Positions 53,101 through 61,882 of a stretch of 64,000 nt of DNA are shown in pieces. The stretch is from Elusimicrobiota bacterium (GTDB lineage: Bacteria > Elusimicrobiota > Elusimicrobia > F11): the NCBI GenBank assembly GCA_044221725.1, contig JBGAON010000002.1, forward strand, positions 576,001 to 640,000. Reading direction: 5' to 3'. Each line of letters begins with the position of its first letter. The first letter of the stretch is position 1. Position numbers and translations under genes: made by a program. Below the pieces are notes generated by a model. The model was not told the DNA's origin. It ran no database searches and was given only the letters and a program-made list of their open reading frames with translations.

Positions 53101-56100
53101 GAATCCAAAAAGAAGAGACGCCGTTAAAATTCTTTCGGCCAGTACCAAAAACAGTCCCAATCGCAACGGCGCGTCCAGCAACATCGCTTGGAACAATCTC
53201 GTTTCGAGAAATGGCGCCGTTACGAACAACACGCCCACCGCGTAAAACAGAAACAACGCGTTGGATCCACCCACGAACCACCGGCGCACAAGCGGATCAA
53301 ACACGAAGTTCGCCGGAGTGTCACCGCTCTTTGGCGGTGCAAGCTCGTCATCCGACGCGCGCTCAAGCGCCGAGGTCTTCGACCATTCGAACAACTTTCG
53401 CGGATGGGCGTTAACGAGACAAGCCACCTGGCGGACAAGATCTCGCGCCTGTCCTCCATAGAATTGGGATAGAACAATAAGCGCAACTTCTCCCGAAAAT
53501 TGATGAGAACCGTCGGCGCCCAAAAAATCGTTAACGATCTCTCGTAACACAAATTGCTGCGCACGCGGACTTTTTGCTGAGAGAAACAACCGAATTTTGG
53601 CATGCGATTCCATTGTGTTCATCGCAAGCGCGTCAAGGTTGACAGGGCGACTCTCGATCATTTCGATGATTGCAACGGCCACCGCCCGATAAATGGTCAG
53701 ATCGAAATCATTTCCAAAAATCGACGCGACGACATCGCGAATGAAAATTTTTGGTTTGTTTGCGATATCTTTGAACCGACTGGATTGCTCAATGTGGAGC
53801 CATTCTTCTGCAAGTGTCATCTCACGATTCAATCGGACATACACGTTCCACGGAAGACCTACCGCCCAATTCAACAATGGGACGAAAAACGGGCTCTCGG
53901 CAAACATGTTTCCGAACGATTTTGCTTTTAGGGGATAGGCATGTCGATCGTAGGACAACAAAATCTCCTTAAAGCCATCGGTGCATCCGAGTTGAGACGT
54001 ATTCATCAAACCTTTTTCGTCATCAATCACAGCGGTGATCACTGTTCCTCCGGGTCCATTCGTGATATCGAAGAAGTGAACACGCGCAAAACCAAAGCGG
54101 TTATCGTTGAAACCAAAATACCAGCCGTGCTCAAGAAAATACGCCTGATTGACTACTTGCACAAATTCCGAAGCCTTAATATTCCGATCGACCGCCGCCA
54201 CACCAATTAACTTCGCCAGCTGATTCACGTCTCGAAAAAACTTTTCCTTCAGGTCGGGTTCAACTTCTGAGTTTCTCCATTCATCGAGGTCCATCTGCAT
54301 AACGGCGATCTGATCCAGGATTTCACTGGGCAAATTTTCCAATGGATGGGAGGGTTTAAGCCTGGGCCAAGCGTGACCCCAGACTTCGGGCTTGTAACGA
54401 ACGAGAACGGTCCTCTTGGGTGTTTTGTTTTTTTTGCGGGTTTTTATCGGCGGTGGAAAGCCCGCAAAACCCAGCAGTTGCTGCTTCGTTAAATCGAGAT
54501 TAAGCGTGTCGTCTCCAGAAAAGAAGTTGCGAAACGTCGGCTTAATTTCTTCTTTGATTTGAACATGGATTTCATACAGATTGACAGAGCCGCCCAGCCT
54601 GTACACATCCAACTGCAAATCGTGCTTATCAATCGCAAACGGCTTGAGAAATGAGGCGACTTCAGAGTGAAGCGCGTTGGAAAACCGTTCCGTGTAATTG
54701 TTTTCGGCAAGAAACAAATCATCGATAACAGCTTTGAAATCCGGGGGGTTCAGCCAGTTTCCTTGAAAATAAAGTTGAACGGGATCTTTAATCGGCGGGA
54801 GTCCGATTTTCCGATTAAGCGTTCGGCGAGCCAAATCGCGTCCCGGATGATTTTGCAAATAGCGCAGGACATCTCGAATCCCTGCATCGTCATCGAGCGA
54901 AATATCGGCCAGCGGACGACCATTGAACTCCGCGAGCGTTCGCGTGACAGCCGGTGCGTTTCTCTGTTTGGCAGAAACGGTTCCTTCTTTGATGTCGACT
55001 GATTCAATTTTTTCTTTTGTGCCTTCGATGTCGACCTGCACCGTTGTATCCGTCGGCCCTTTCCATTCTGCCTTCGTGCTTCCGTCAGAGATTTCGCGAT
55101 TCTCGAGTATCGGAGACGAATTCGAAAAGATTTCGCCGGCGGCAGCCACGGGATCTCTCGCGAGCGATGCTGCGGTTAAGCCGAGGTCCGGCAGTATCGC
55201 CTTTTGTAGCGGAGCCAGGAAAAGCGCTTGGCCATTAAAAAACTTTTCGAGCGGCGTCCTCTTTTGCGCGAATTCCGAAAGATAGGCGGCACCACGAGAG
55301 ATATCCACCTTTGTTACACGCGGAGTGAATTGAATGACGTCGTATCCTGCCGCCGAAAGTTTTTCGGATATCCCAGAAGAATGGAAACCACCAGCAACGA
55401 GGACAAAGGTGCCTCGGACAGCGTACGTCGTACGTCGGATCCGATCAAAAAGATTCTGTGCCATAGCGGCATCTCGCTTCTCTGCGACCTCATAAAACGA
55501 CTCGAACGGCGCTAGGTTACCCGTCCGTCGTGGGAGGTACGACGTACGAAGTACGTTGTAATCCTTCCACTCCGCAGCGCTCAGCGAAAAATTCACAAGT
55601 TTCTTTGTAAACGCTAGCGCCTTCGCTTCGCGGACGGTTTTTCGCTCCAGCTCCGTTCGCGTGAGGATTTGGTACGCGTGCGCCTCTGCTCGGCTCATCT
55701 CGTCAAAAAGTTTTTCAGCGGAAATTCGCTCCGACAGCTTTATGTAGCGCGCGTAAGATTCCAGCAATGGATAGTTTGAAAGTTTTCTCGTGGATGAATG
55801 GACATACGCGCGCCGTTCGACTTCAACTTTCGAAAAATCGAGCGCCGATTCCAACGCAAACGCTTCGAGAAAATTGTTTATTTGCTCGCACGACCGGGGG
55901 GAAAACAATTTTAAGGCCGCTAGATAAGCGCCGATCCGAATTTTTCCTTCGCGGTAGGCTTCCACTTGCAAATCAAACATCGCGAGTTTCGGGTTAAATT
56001 CTTTCTTTGCTCGCGCAATTTCGTTGGACCGCGCCGCTATTTCCTTTTCGATGGCACCGACCTGCTCGCGTGATTCGAGATAAGCATGAACGTTCGCTTG

Positions 56101-56625
56101 GTACAAGGACGCATCATCAACACCGACAATCGCTGGAAAAGTTTTGCCGGATAAAATCCCCGCGTGCATCGCGCCGGACAACTTCCCGACACGAAGGTAA
56201 TAATCCGCCACGCTGCGAAGCACCGCCGGTTCCGAAAAATACTGAAACGGTTTCAATTGAACCGGATCAAACGCCCCTTCGAGGAAAATCTTTCGGGCGC
56301 CTTTGTCGACGAGATACCGAACGGCGGAGGCAATGTTGCGCTGGGCTTCAGAATTCGCGTGAATATCTTGAATCAGATACACGGTCCCCGCAGACGCAGC
56401 GGTTGGTTTCTTTATTGATCGGATGAATCCATAGGCTTGCAGACCAGGAAGGGGGGAAATTGTTTTCACCGCGACGGACGATAACAACGATGATCGGTGT
56501 TGACCCAACGCCTGCCGCTCGGCCCAGAAATTCAACTCTGGTTTCGCTCCGAACGTCGTTTCAGCGCCTATTATTAAGGAAAGTACAGCGGCGATCGCCC
56601 GCCGCAGGAACGTCTTTTTAAGCAT
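50107..56625 (-). CDS. Giant exported-type protein: conserved family N-terminal domain, unknown region, CPBP-like TM module, MBL/beta-CASP nuclease
   Basis: Signal peptide, shared N-terminal motifs; THAHLDHIG, AGHLRGA, SGD, ESTYG, SGHA, VHGE. Confidence 0.85.
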   Translation of the reverse strand: MLKKTFLRRAIAAVLSLIIGAETTFGAKPELNFWAERQALGQHRSSLLSSVAVKTISPLPGLQAYGFIRSIKKPTAASAGTVYLIQDIHANSEAQRNIASAVRYLVDKGARKIFLEGAFDPVQLKPFQYFSEPAVLRSVADYYLRVGKLSGAMHAGILSGKTFPAIVGVDDASLYQANVHAYLESREQVGAIEKEIAARSNEIARAKKEFNPKLAMFDLQVEAYREGKIRIGAYLAALKLFSPRSCEQINNFLEAFALESALDFSKVEVERRAYVHSSTRKLSNYPLLESYARYIKLSERISAEKLFDEMSRAEAHAYQILTRTELERKTVREAKALAFTKKLVNFSLSAAEWKDYNVLRTSYLPRRTGNLAPFESFYEVAEKRDAAMAQNLFDRIRRTTYAVRGTFVLVAGGFHSSGISEKLSAAGYDVIQFTPRVTKVDISRGAAYLSEFAQKRTPLEKFFNGQALFLAPLQKAILPDLGLTAASLARDPVAAAGEIFSNSSPILENREISDGSTKAEWKGPTDTTVQVDIEGTKEKIESVDIKEGTVSAKQRNAPAVTRTLAEFNGRPLADISLDDDAGIRDVLRYLQNHPGRDLARRTLNRKIGLPPIKDPVQLYFQGNWLNPPDFKAVIDDLFLAENNYTERFSNALHSEVASFLKPFAIDKHDLQLDVYRLGGSVNLYEIHVQIKEEIKPTFRNFFSGDDTLNLDLTKQQLLGFAGFPPPIKTRKKNKTPKRTVLVRYKPEVWGHAWPRLKPSHPLENLPSEILDQIAVMQMDLDEWRNSEVEPDLKEKFFRDVNQLAKLIGVAAVDRNIKASEFVQVVNQAYFLEHGWYFGFNDNRFGFARVHFFDITNGPGGTVITAVIDDEKGLMNTSQLGCTDGFKEILLSYDRHAYPLKAKSFGNMFAESPFFVPLLNWAVGLPWNVYVRLNREMTLAEEWLHIEQSSRFKDIANKPKIFIRDVVASIFGNDFDLTIYRAVAVAIIEMIESRPVNLDALAMNTMESHAKIRLFLSAKSPRAQQFVLREIVNDFLGADGSHQFSGEVALIVLSQFYGGQARDLVRQVACLVNAHPRKLFEWSKTSALERASDDELAPPKSGDTPANFVFDPLVRRWFVGGSNALFLFYAVGVLFVTAPFLETRLFQAMLLDAPLRLGLFLVLAERILTASLLFGFSHALSFWIAKALYRKKVATDSSVARVLLRSLLVGSLLNVVYSSLSLLVNTDVAFCFVVAIHATLQIPIVLEILKEHVQVNRSLGFFSFVLPWLQENTEAVVPWLHSKRVNTFRFAARINDLLVTMVVLASVSLRIPLSPWMRSWVPDAPLVTTVSGTRSVGASCHLVSIGGVKGVVDVGFAVGSESPVPDFSMIPDDIDFIIITHAHLDHIGSLPLLHKLLREKGRHVPIYATPETIQLMHPNLRMQNQSLRPYGVTGTDITDTLHYLTPLEFGQKRKLGKKAWLLFHRAGHLRGAATVELGSITGVVTVSGDLFLQNQATVEGAEFPHESPDLLIVESTYGGTDYRSRAHEVGRLIDTTAGAVRANKNVVFPVLGLGRSQELLLELLAARKKRVLPADVDIYIDGSIGSLNELYQLDIKESDRVFDLKSKRTGIGRNKVLQRLERNDGRPIILLATSGMLQSRSAIMDYLPRTLAHSHNVLGFVNYQPESGLGSRILSAQKGDDILIKNGTSIRLRSDIFSFQLSGHASGEELVQYVRSVNPRKVAVVHGELSRSVALATDPRLRSYEPIVPVVGESIPVPRVEFFTAIRRWLRLWGEQQLTLVLSHPPVHHISERSIVFTRINNPFAVGAIQRRFGRSGVADVQYAHDTNRHRISLQSIVDQLDMGPDFRFPRSSNAMEFVAKKAISELLRDHRAQMEILVELMNNGRTYSVEDLATQFQLVTPFERLGIAMFLLGLPNYFSVENGRYRTNNQPLPDFSHLSNELQINLSFAFGDVTELDEKGNMVPVRPPQRSKKTNSERFAAATTMHAVDENPALDLTEASHRRDIQDIDGNVVPFVHGTPTNVVVLLKENRKRQMLHTIQAMVASASVERPIYIYVITEDGRTAQELNTLSTFRNHAGVFIRANNRKGLLANSIVPFAELCAVMRTIRGWNPSSHLHRIVTSEEVSVEFGDDDHDENIVVMIIGALESIAATAKQLKDPATFERIRVRLRQV

Positions 56626-56646
56626 AGAAGAAGTATCTCAAAGTCC

Positions 56647-56687
56647 GGTTAAAGCAGCCTTAACGACTTGTAAATTTGTTGTAAAAG
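56647..56687 (-). promoter_or_regulatory. Four direct repeats with 11-bp period upstream of the 56625 gene
   Basis: Minus strand CTTTTACAACAAATTTACAAGTCGTTAAGGCTGCTTTAACC, same pattern as 40260-40300. Confidence 0.55.
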
Positions 56688-56735
56688 ACACCAATTAAAA
56701 ACCGATTTAGTCTCTTCTCTCGTTCAAATTTCTGC

Positions 56736-56788
56736 TTGACGCACCCATGGGTAGTAAATACAATTCCGCCAACAACTACAGGTTGTAC
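56736..56788 (+). promoter_or_regulatory. Sigma70 promoter with two tandem NrdR boxes
   Basis: -35 TTGACG 56736, 17-bp spacer, -10 TACAAT 56759; boxes CACCCATGGGTAGTAA (56742) and CAACTACAGGTTGTAC (56773), 31 bp apart. Confidence 0.7.
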
Positions 56789-56806
56789 CAAGAGGTCGAA
56801 GGCATA

Positions 56807-57334
56807 ATGAAATGCCCCCACTGCAATCATCCTGAAGATCACGTTATTGATTCGCGTCCGGTAGAAACCGGCAATGTCATTCGCCGTCGTCGCGAATGCA
56901 TGCTCTGTGAAAAGCGGTTTACGACGTATGAACGCCTCGAAGTCATGCCCCTCATTGTTTTAAAGTCCGACAACCGACGGGAGCCGTTCGATCGAGAAAA
57001 ACTTCGCGAAGGAATCTCCCGCGCTTGCAAACACCGCAGCATCACGGCCGAACAAATTGAGAAACTCGTCACCGATGTGGAAACCTCCTTACAAGAAGAC
57101 TTCGTGATGGAAGCGCCGAGCAAATCGATCGGCGAACGCGTGCTCGCGAAATTGAAAGATTTGGATCACGTGGCATACATCCGGTTTGCGTCCGTCTACA
57201 AGCAGTTCTCCGATGTGGACAGTTTTTTCCACGAAATCCGCGGTTTGAAACACGAACAAAAGATCAAGAACCGCAAAAATAATCCAATCGACCTATTGGC
57301 CACGTTTCTGAACGAACCCACCGCTAAAAACTAA
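56807..57334 (+). CDS. nrdR: Transcriptional repressor NrdR
   Basis: MKCPHC..VIDSR..RRRREC..C.KRFTTYE, ATP cone, VAYIRFASVY. Confidence 0.97.
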   Translation: MKCPHCNHPEDHVIDSRPVETGNVIRRRRECMLCEKRFTTYERLEVMPLIVLKSDNRREPFDREKLREGISRACKHRSITAEQIEKLVTDVETSLQEDFVMEAPSKSIGERVLAKLKDLDHVAYIRFASVYKQFSDVDSFFHEIRGLKHEQKIKNRKNNPIDLLATFLNEPTAKN

Positions 57335-59940
57335 TGCCCAACGCGCAATCTCCCGAAAAACCAACACCGCTCTGGGAGGTCGAGCGTCCAAACACCATCA
57401 AGCTGACCGAGAATCAGCGCAAAGTCATCCAAGACAAATATCTGAAAGGCGCTCCCTCTGTCGAAGCATGGCTCGCCGGCGTCGCGCATAATATCGCGCT
57501 TGCCGAGTTGCTTTATCATCCTTCGGCGCATCTGTGGGGTCTCTTTGACGGCGTTCGAGTGCTGAAAAAGGAAATGGTTTCGCCAGTGGCGGACGTCTCA
57601 GGTCCAAAACTCCTCCGCTCGTGGTTGTTCCACAACGGGCTGTATTATTCCGATGAACGCGACACGAACTTCCACCGGTTTATCGAAAATTGTGAGAACG
57701 CCGCGAAAAGATTCCCAGAGGCCGAAAAGAAAGTAGCCGAATGGGAAACCCAGTTTTACGATTTGATGGCCTCCTGGCAATTTCTGCCGAACTCGCCAAC
57801 GCTCATGAACGCGGGACGCGACATCCAGCAACTTTCAGCCTGTTACGTGCTGCCAATTGAAGACTCCATGGAAGGCGTCACGAACGCGCTCCAAGCGCAG
57901 GCGCTCATTCACAAATCAGGCGGGGGAACCGGTTTTTCCTTTGAACGCATGCGCCCGGCCGGCGACCCCGTAAAATCCACCGAAGGTGTGGCATCCGGCG
58001 TGATCTCTTTCATGCAGGTGTTCGACAAAATGACCGGAGTCGTTAAGCAAGGCGGTAATCGTCGCGGCGCAAACATGGGCGTGCTTCCGTACTGGCATCC
58101 GGAGATCAGAGAGTTCGTGCGGCTGAAGGGTCGACCGGGCGTGATGGAGAATTTTAACATCTCGGTGGCAGTTGACGACAAATTCCTGGAATGCGTGGAA
58201 AATAATTGGGAATACGATCTTTATAATCCACATACAAAAAAATCCGCTGGTCGCGTGTCCGCCCGCGAAATCTTTGACATGATCGTTGAATATGCTTGGA
58301 AGTCAGGCGATCCGGGACTAATATTCATAGATAAAATTAATAATTCGCGCTCAAACCCAACACCGGCGCTTGGGAAGATTGAATCCACCAATCCCTGCGG
58401 CGAGCAACCGCTACTTCCCAATGAGCCATGCAACCTCGGATCGCTGAATCTTTCCGTGTTCGTCACCGGCGAGTTCGGTAAGGCCGAGATCGATTGGGAT
58501 GGACTAAATACCGCCGTGACCACAGCCGTCCGGTTGCTGGACAACGTGATTGATGTGAACAATTACCCTCTTCCCGAAATGGAGGCCATGGCCAAAAGCA
58601 ATCGCCGCATCGGGCTGGGAATCATGGGATGGGCTGAAACGCTGGCCAAAATGGGAATCGCGTACGATTCGAAAGAAGCGATAGCAACCGCCGAAAAGGT
58701 TATGGAATTCATCAACAGTGCGGCTTTTGACGCTTCTTGCCGGCTGGCCGACGAACGCGGCGTGTTTCCGAACTGGAAAAACAGCATTTACGACTCCGCG
58801 AGCGCGTATTTTGACAAGAGTCACTCCGGATCACGCACACCTCGACATTGCGCGCGCACGACGATTGCGCCAACCGGCACGATTGGCTTGGCCGCCGGGC
58901 TTCAAGGTGCCGGCATCGAACCGTTTTACGCGATGGCTTACACGCGCTACAACGCGCGGGCGCTCGAAGCCATCAAAAACAACATGGCACCGAATCCGCA
59001 GGATGTTTTGTTTGAAGTAAACCCGCTTTTTCGTTCGGTGGCCGAGAAAAACAATTTCTTTGGTCTAGGGGAACAGGAGCTGTGGAAACGCATCGAAGCG
59101 AACCAAAAATCCGTTCGCGGCATTGACGAGATTCCAAAACAGATTCAGGCGCTGTTCGCAACCGCGCACGATGTGGCACCCGAATTCCACGTTCGCATCC
59201 AAGCCGCCTTTCAATCGCATGTCGACAATGCGGTATCGAAGACCGTCAATCTTCCGCACAGCGCAACGAGCCAAGACGTTCGCCGAATTTACCTGCTCGC
59301 GCATGAGCTCGGCTGCAAAGGCATCACCATCTACCGCGATGGAAGCAAGAAACAGCAAGTGCTGAATCTTTTTTCAGGCACGAAAAAGGTGAAACGTGCG
59401 CGCGATCTTTCGTTGGGCGTGTCATCGGAGTATTACGAAATCAAAACCGGCCACGGCCCGCTCCATGTGCACATTGATTACGATGAAGATGGACCGTACC
59501 GAGTTTTTGTAAGTTTGCCTCCGGTGGGAACGGAAACGTCGGGTCTCGCTTCCATCCTCGGCGTATTGATTTCGAAATACTTGGAGGAAGGCGGCGCCGC
59601 ATCATCGCTGCTCAAACATTTGCAATCCGTGAAAGGCGACCGCCCATACGGACTCGGTGAATTGCGCGTGAATTCCGTGCCGCACGCGATTGGGATTGCG
59701 CTTAAGAATCATCTGCGCAAACACGGCTGGCTCGGTGAAAACGAATCGGAAGGAGAATCGCTCGTTCGCGAAGACGGAAAACCCGCGGTGTTGCCGCCCG
59801 AAGAATCGGACAGTTTGGAATTGTGGAACTTGTCTCAAGTTAGTGATCGTTGTCCGGATTGCTACAGCACAAACATTCGATTTGGATCCGGTTGCTCAGG
59901 CCCCGTGTGCAACGACTGCGGATATTCGGAGTGTAATTAA
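57334..59940 (+). CDS. nrdJ: Adenosylcobalamin-dependent (class II) ribonucleotide reductase with TSCPD-like and Cys-rich C-terminus
   Basis: PNSPTLMNAG, LSAC, GGGTG, RRGANM, TNPCGEQ, TIAPTGT, SKTVN, terminal CPDC..C..CGYSEC. Confidence 0.92.
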   Translation: MPNAQSPEKPTPLWEVERPNTIKLTENQRKVIQDKYLKGAPSVEAWLAGVAHNIALAELLYHPSAHLWGLFDGVRVLKKEMVSPVADVSGPKLLRSWLFHNGLYYSDERDTNFHRFIENCENAAKRFPEAEKKVAEWETQFYDLMASWQFLPNSPTLMNAGRDIQQLSACYVLPIEDSMEGVTNALQAQALIHKSGGGTGFSFERMRPAGDPVKSTEGVASGVISFMQVFDKMTGVVKQGGNRRGANMGVLPYWHPEIREFVRLKGRPGVMENFNISVAVDDKFLECVENNWEYDLYNPHTKKSAGRVSAREIFDMIVEYAWKSGDPGLIFIDKINNSRSNPTPALGKIESTNPCGEQPLLPNEPCNLGSLNLSVFVTGEFGKAEIDWDGLNTAVTTAVRLLDNVIDVNNYPLPEMEAMAKSNRRIGLGIMGWAETLAKMGIAYDSKEAIATAEKVMEFINSAAFDASCRLADERGVFPNWKNSIYDSASAYFDKSHSGSRTPRHCARTTIAPTGTIGLAAGLQGAGIEPFYAMAYTRYNARALEAIKNNMAPNPQDVLFEVNPLFRSVAEKNNFFGLGEQELWKRIEANQKSVRGIDEIPKQIQALFATAHDVAPEFHVRIQAAFQSHVDNAVSKTVNLPHSATSQDVRRIYLLAHELGCKGITIYRDGSKKQQVLNLFSGTKKVKRARDLSLGVSSEYYEIKTGHGPLHVHIDYDEDGPYRVFVSLPPVGTETSGLASILGVLISKYLEEGGAASSLLKHLQSVKGDRPYGLGELRVNSVPHAIGIALKNHLRKHGWLGENESEGESLVREDGKPAVLPPEESDSLELWNLSQVSDRCPDCYSTNIRFGSGCSGPVCNDCGYSECN

Positions 59941-59949
59941 AGGAATTTT

Positions 59950-60534
59950 ATGCCAGTAAAGTCAGACAATTGGATTATTGAAAACGCTGAAGCGCAAGAG
60001 ATGATTCGTCCGTTCGCGCGCGAGCAGGTGAAGCAAATTGAACTTCCGCAGGGAACCTTGCGTCGGCTGATTTCGTTTGGCGTTTCAAGTTACGGATACG
60101 ATATGCGGCTTGGCAACATGTTTCGTGTGTTGAAAACCGATTCAAAGTTCGAGTTGGATCCCAAGAACATTAAGCCCGGGCTTTTTCAAACGGTTCGCGC
60201 CGATGATTTCCTCACGTTGCAGCCCCACGGACTTGTGCTGGCTCAGACAATGGAATATTTCAAAATTCCGCGCGACATTCTCACAATTTGTTTTGGCAAA
60301 TCCACGTACGCGCGCTGCGGCGTTCTTGTGAACGTGACGCCGTTCGAACCTGAATGGGAAGGGCATGCGACGATAGCGATCAGCAATTTGACACCGCTGC
60401 CAGTAAAGCTGTATGCGGGAGAGGGAATTGCCCAATTAATTTTTCTTCAGTCCGACGACGTCTGCGCCGTTTCCTACCGGGATAAAAACGGCAAGTATCA
60501 GGCTCAGTTGGAACCAACAGAAGCAAAAATATAA
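59950..60534 (+). CDS. dcd: dCTP deaminase
   Basis: ISFGVSSYGYD, GKSTYARCG, VTPFEPEWEG, KYQ.Q. Confidence 0.95.
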   Translation: MPVKSDNWIIENAEAQEMIRPFAREQVKQIELPQGTLRRLISFGVSSYGYDMRLGNMFRVLKTDSKFELDPKNIKPGLFQTVRADDFLTLQPHGLVLAQTMEYFKIPRDILTICFGKSTYARCGVLVNVTPFEPEWEGHATIAISNLTPLPVKLYAGEGIAQLIFLQSDDVCAVSYRDKNGKYQAQLEPTEAKI

Positions 60535-60550
60535 ACAAAAAATAAATGTA

Positions 60551-60672
60551 TCCCTCTCCCTTTAGGGAGAGGGTAGGGTGAGGGCAAATACCCCTATTAA
60601 CTTCTCTTTCCGGAGAGAAATGAATAGGGTAGTGAACCCCTCTCCCTGACCCTCTCCCTAAAGGGAGAGGGA
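60551..60672. repeat. Paired inverted CCCTCTCCC-N4-GGGAGAGGG palindromes (REPIN-like); may also act as a terminator
   Basis: TCCCTCTCCCTTTAGGGAGAGGGTAGGGTGAGGG ... CCCTCTCCCTGACCCTCTCCCTAAAGGGAGAGGGA. Confidence 0.85.
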
Positions 60673-60702
60673 AAGATGAATTATTAATAGGAGTTGTTAT
60701 TT

Positions 60703-61866
60703 ATGGCCTTTTTCATTGGACGTGAACGAGAAGCGCGACGTGCTTATGGATTTGACGAAATCGCACTGGTCCCCGGCGCACTGACCATTAACCCCGCGGA
60801 AGTCGATATCTCAACAAAAATCGGCAACAACAAATTAGCGATTCCGTTTATCGCGAGCGCAATGGATGGCGTTGTGGACGTAAAATTCGCAATCGCGATG
60901 GGAAAATTGGGCGGCTTGGCCGTGCTCAATTTGGACGGCGTACAAACCCGTTACGAGGACCCCACCGAAATTTTAAGTGAGATTCAACGTGCCGACCCGG
61001 AAACGGCCACGGAACTCGTACAGAAGATGTACAAAGAACCGATCAAAGAAAAATTGATCGCGAAACGGGTTGAACAAATGAAAAAGGGGGGCATTCATCC
61101 GGCCGTCTCGTGCATCCCACAAAACGCCGAGAAGTTTGGACCGATCGCGCAAGAAGCGGGCGCGTCATTCGTTTTCTTGCAAGCCACCGTGATCACGGTG
61201 CGCCACCAAGCCACGAATTACAAAACCGTCGACCTGCACAAATTCTGTTCGAAAACGATGAAGATCGCAGTCGTGCTTGGAAATTCCGTGCAATACGATG
61301 CGACGCTTGAACTTATGCAGACGGGCGCGGCTGGCATCTTGATCGGCGTGGGCCCGGGTTCGGCGTGCACATCACGCGGCGTGCTCGGCATTGGCGTTCC
61401 GCAAGTAACGGCGACCGTTGACTGCGCGGCGGCCCGCGACTTCCATTTCAAACAAACCGGAAAGTACGTTCCTATCATTACGGACGGCGGCATGAGTACC
61501 GGCGGAGACATCTGCAAATCGTTTGCGTGCGGCGCCGATGCCGTGATGGTGGGCTCGGCGTTCGCTCGAGCGAAAGAAGCTCCCGGCGGCGGTTATCATT
61601 GGGGCATGGCCACACCGCACCACAATTTGCCGCGCGGCACCCGCATTCGCGTGGGAACCACCGGTTCGCTGGAAGAGATTCTCAACGGCCCGGCCCGCAC
61701 CGATGATGGAACACAAAACCTCGTCGGCGCGCTGCGCACCTCCATGGGCTCCGTGGGCGCCGCGAATGTTCGTCAATTCCAATTGACCGAAATTGTGCTC
61801 GCTCCGGAAATCAAAAACGAAGGGAAACTTTTCCAAAAAGCACAGAAAATCGGAATGGGCAAATAA
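60703..61866 (+). CDS. guaB: GuaB3-family IMP dehydrogenase-related protein (no CBS domains)
   Basis: RAYGFDEIALVP, SAMDGV, GVGPGSACTSR, DGG, HWGMA. Confidence 0.88.
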   Translation: MAFFIGREREARRAYGFDEIALVPGALTINPAEVDISTKIGNNKLAIPFIASAMDGVVDVKFAIAMGKLGGLAVLNLDGVQTRYEDPTEILSEIQRADPETATELVQKMYKEPIKEKLIAKRVEQMKKGGIHPAVSCIPQNAEKFGPIAQEAGASFVFLQATVITVRHQATNYKTVDLHKFCSKTMKIAVVLGNSVQYDATLELMQTGAAGILIGVGPGSACTSRGVLGIGVPQVTATVDCAAARDFHFKQTGKYVPIITDGGMSTGGDICKSFACGADAVMVGSAFARAKEAPGGGYHWGMATPHHNLPRGTRIRVGTTGSLEEILNGPARTDDGTQNLVGALRTSMGSVGAANVRQFQLTEIVLAPEIKNEGKLFQKAQKIGMGK

Positions 61867-61882
61867 TTTAAGGGAAAGAAAA

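Noticed and set aside
53590..53820. TLAEEWLH..MESHA as a zinc-peptidase motif in the 56625 protein
   Set aside because: EExxH deviates from HExxH and I cannot support it without a profile search.
57334..59940. Intein or intron in nrdJ
   Set aside because: Motifs are contiguous with no C..HN splice signature or large insertion seen.
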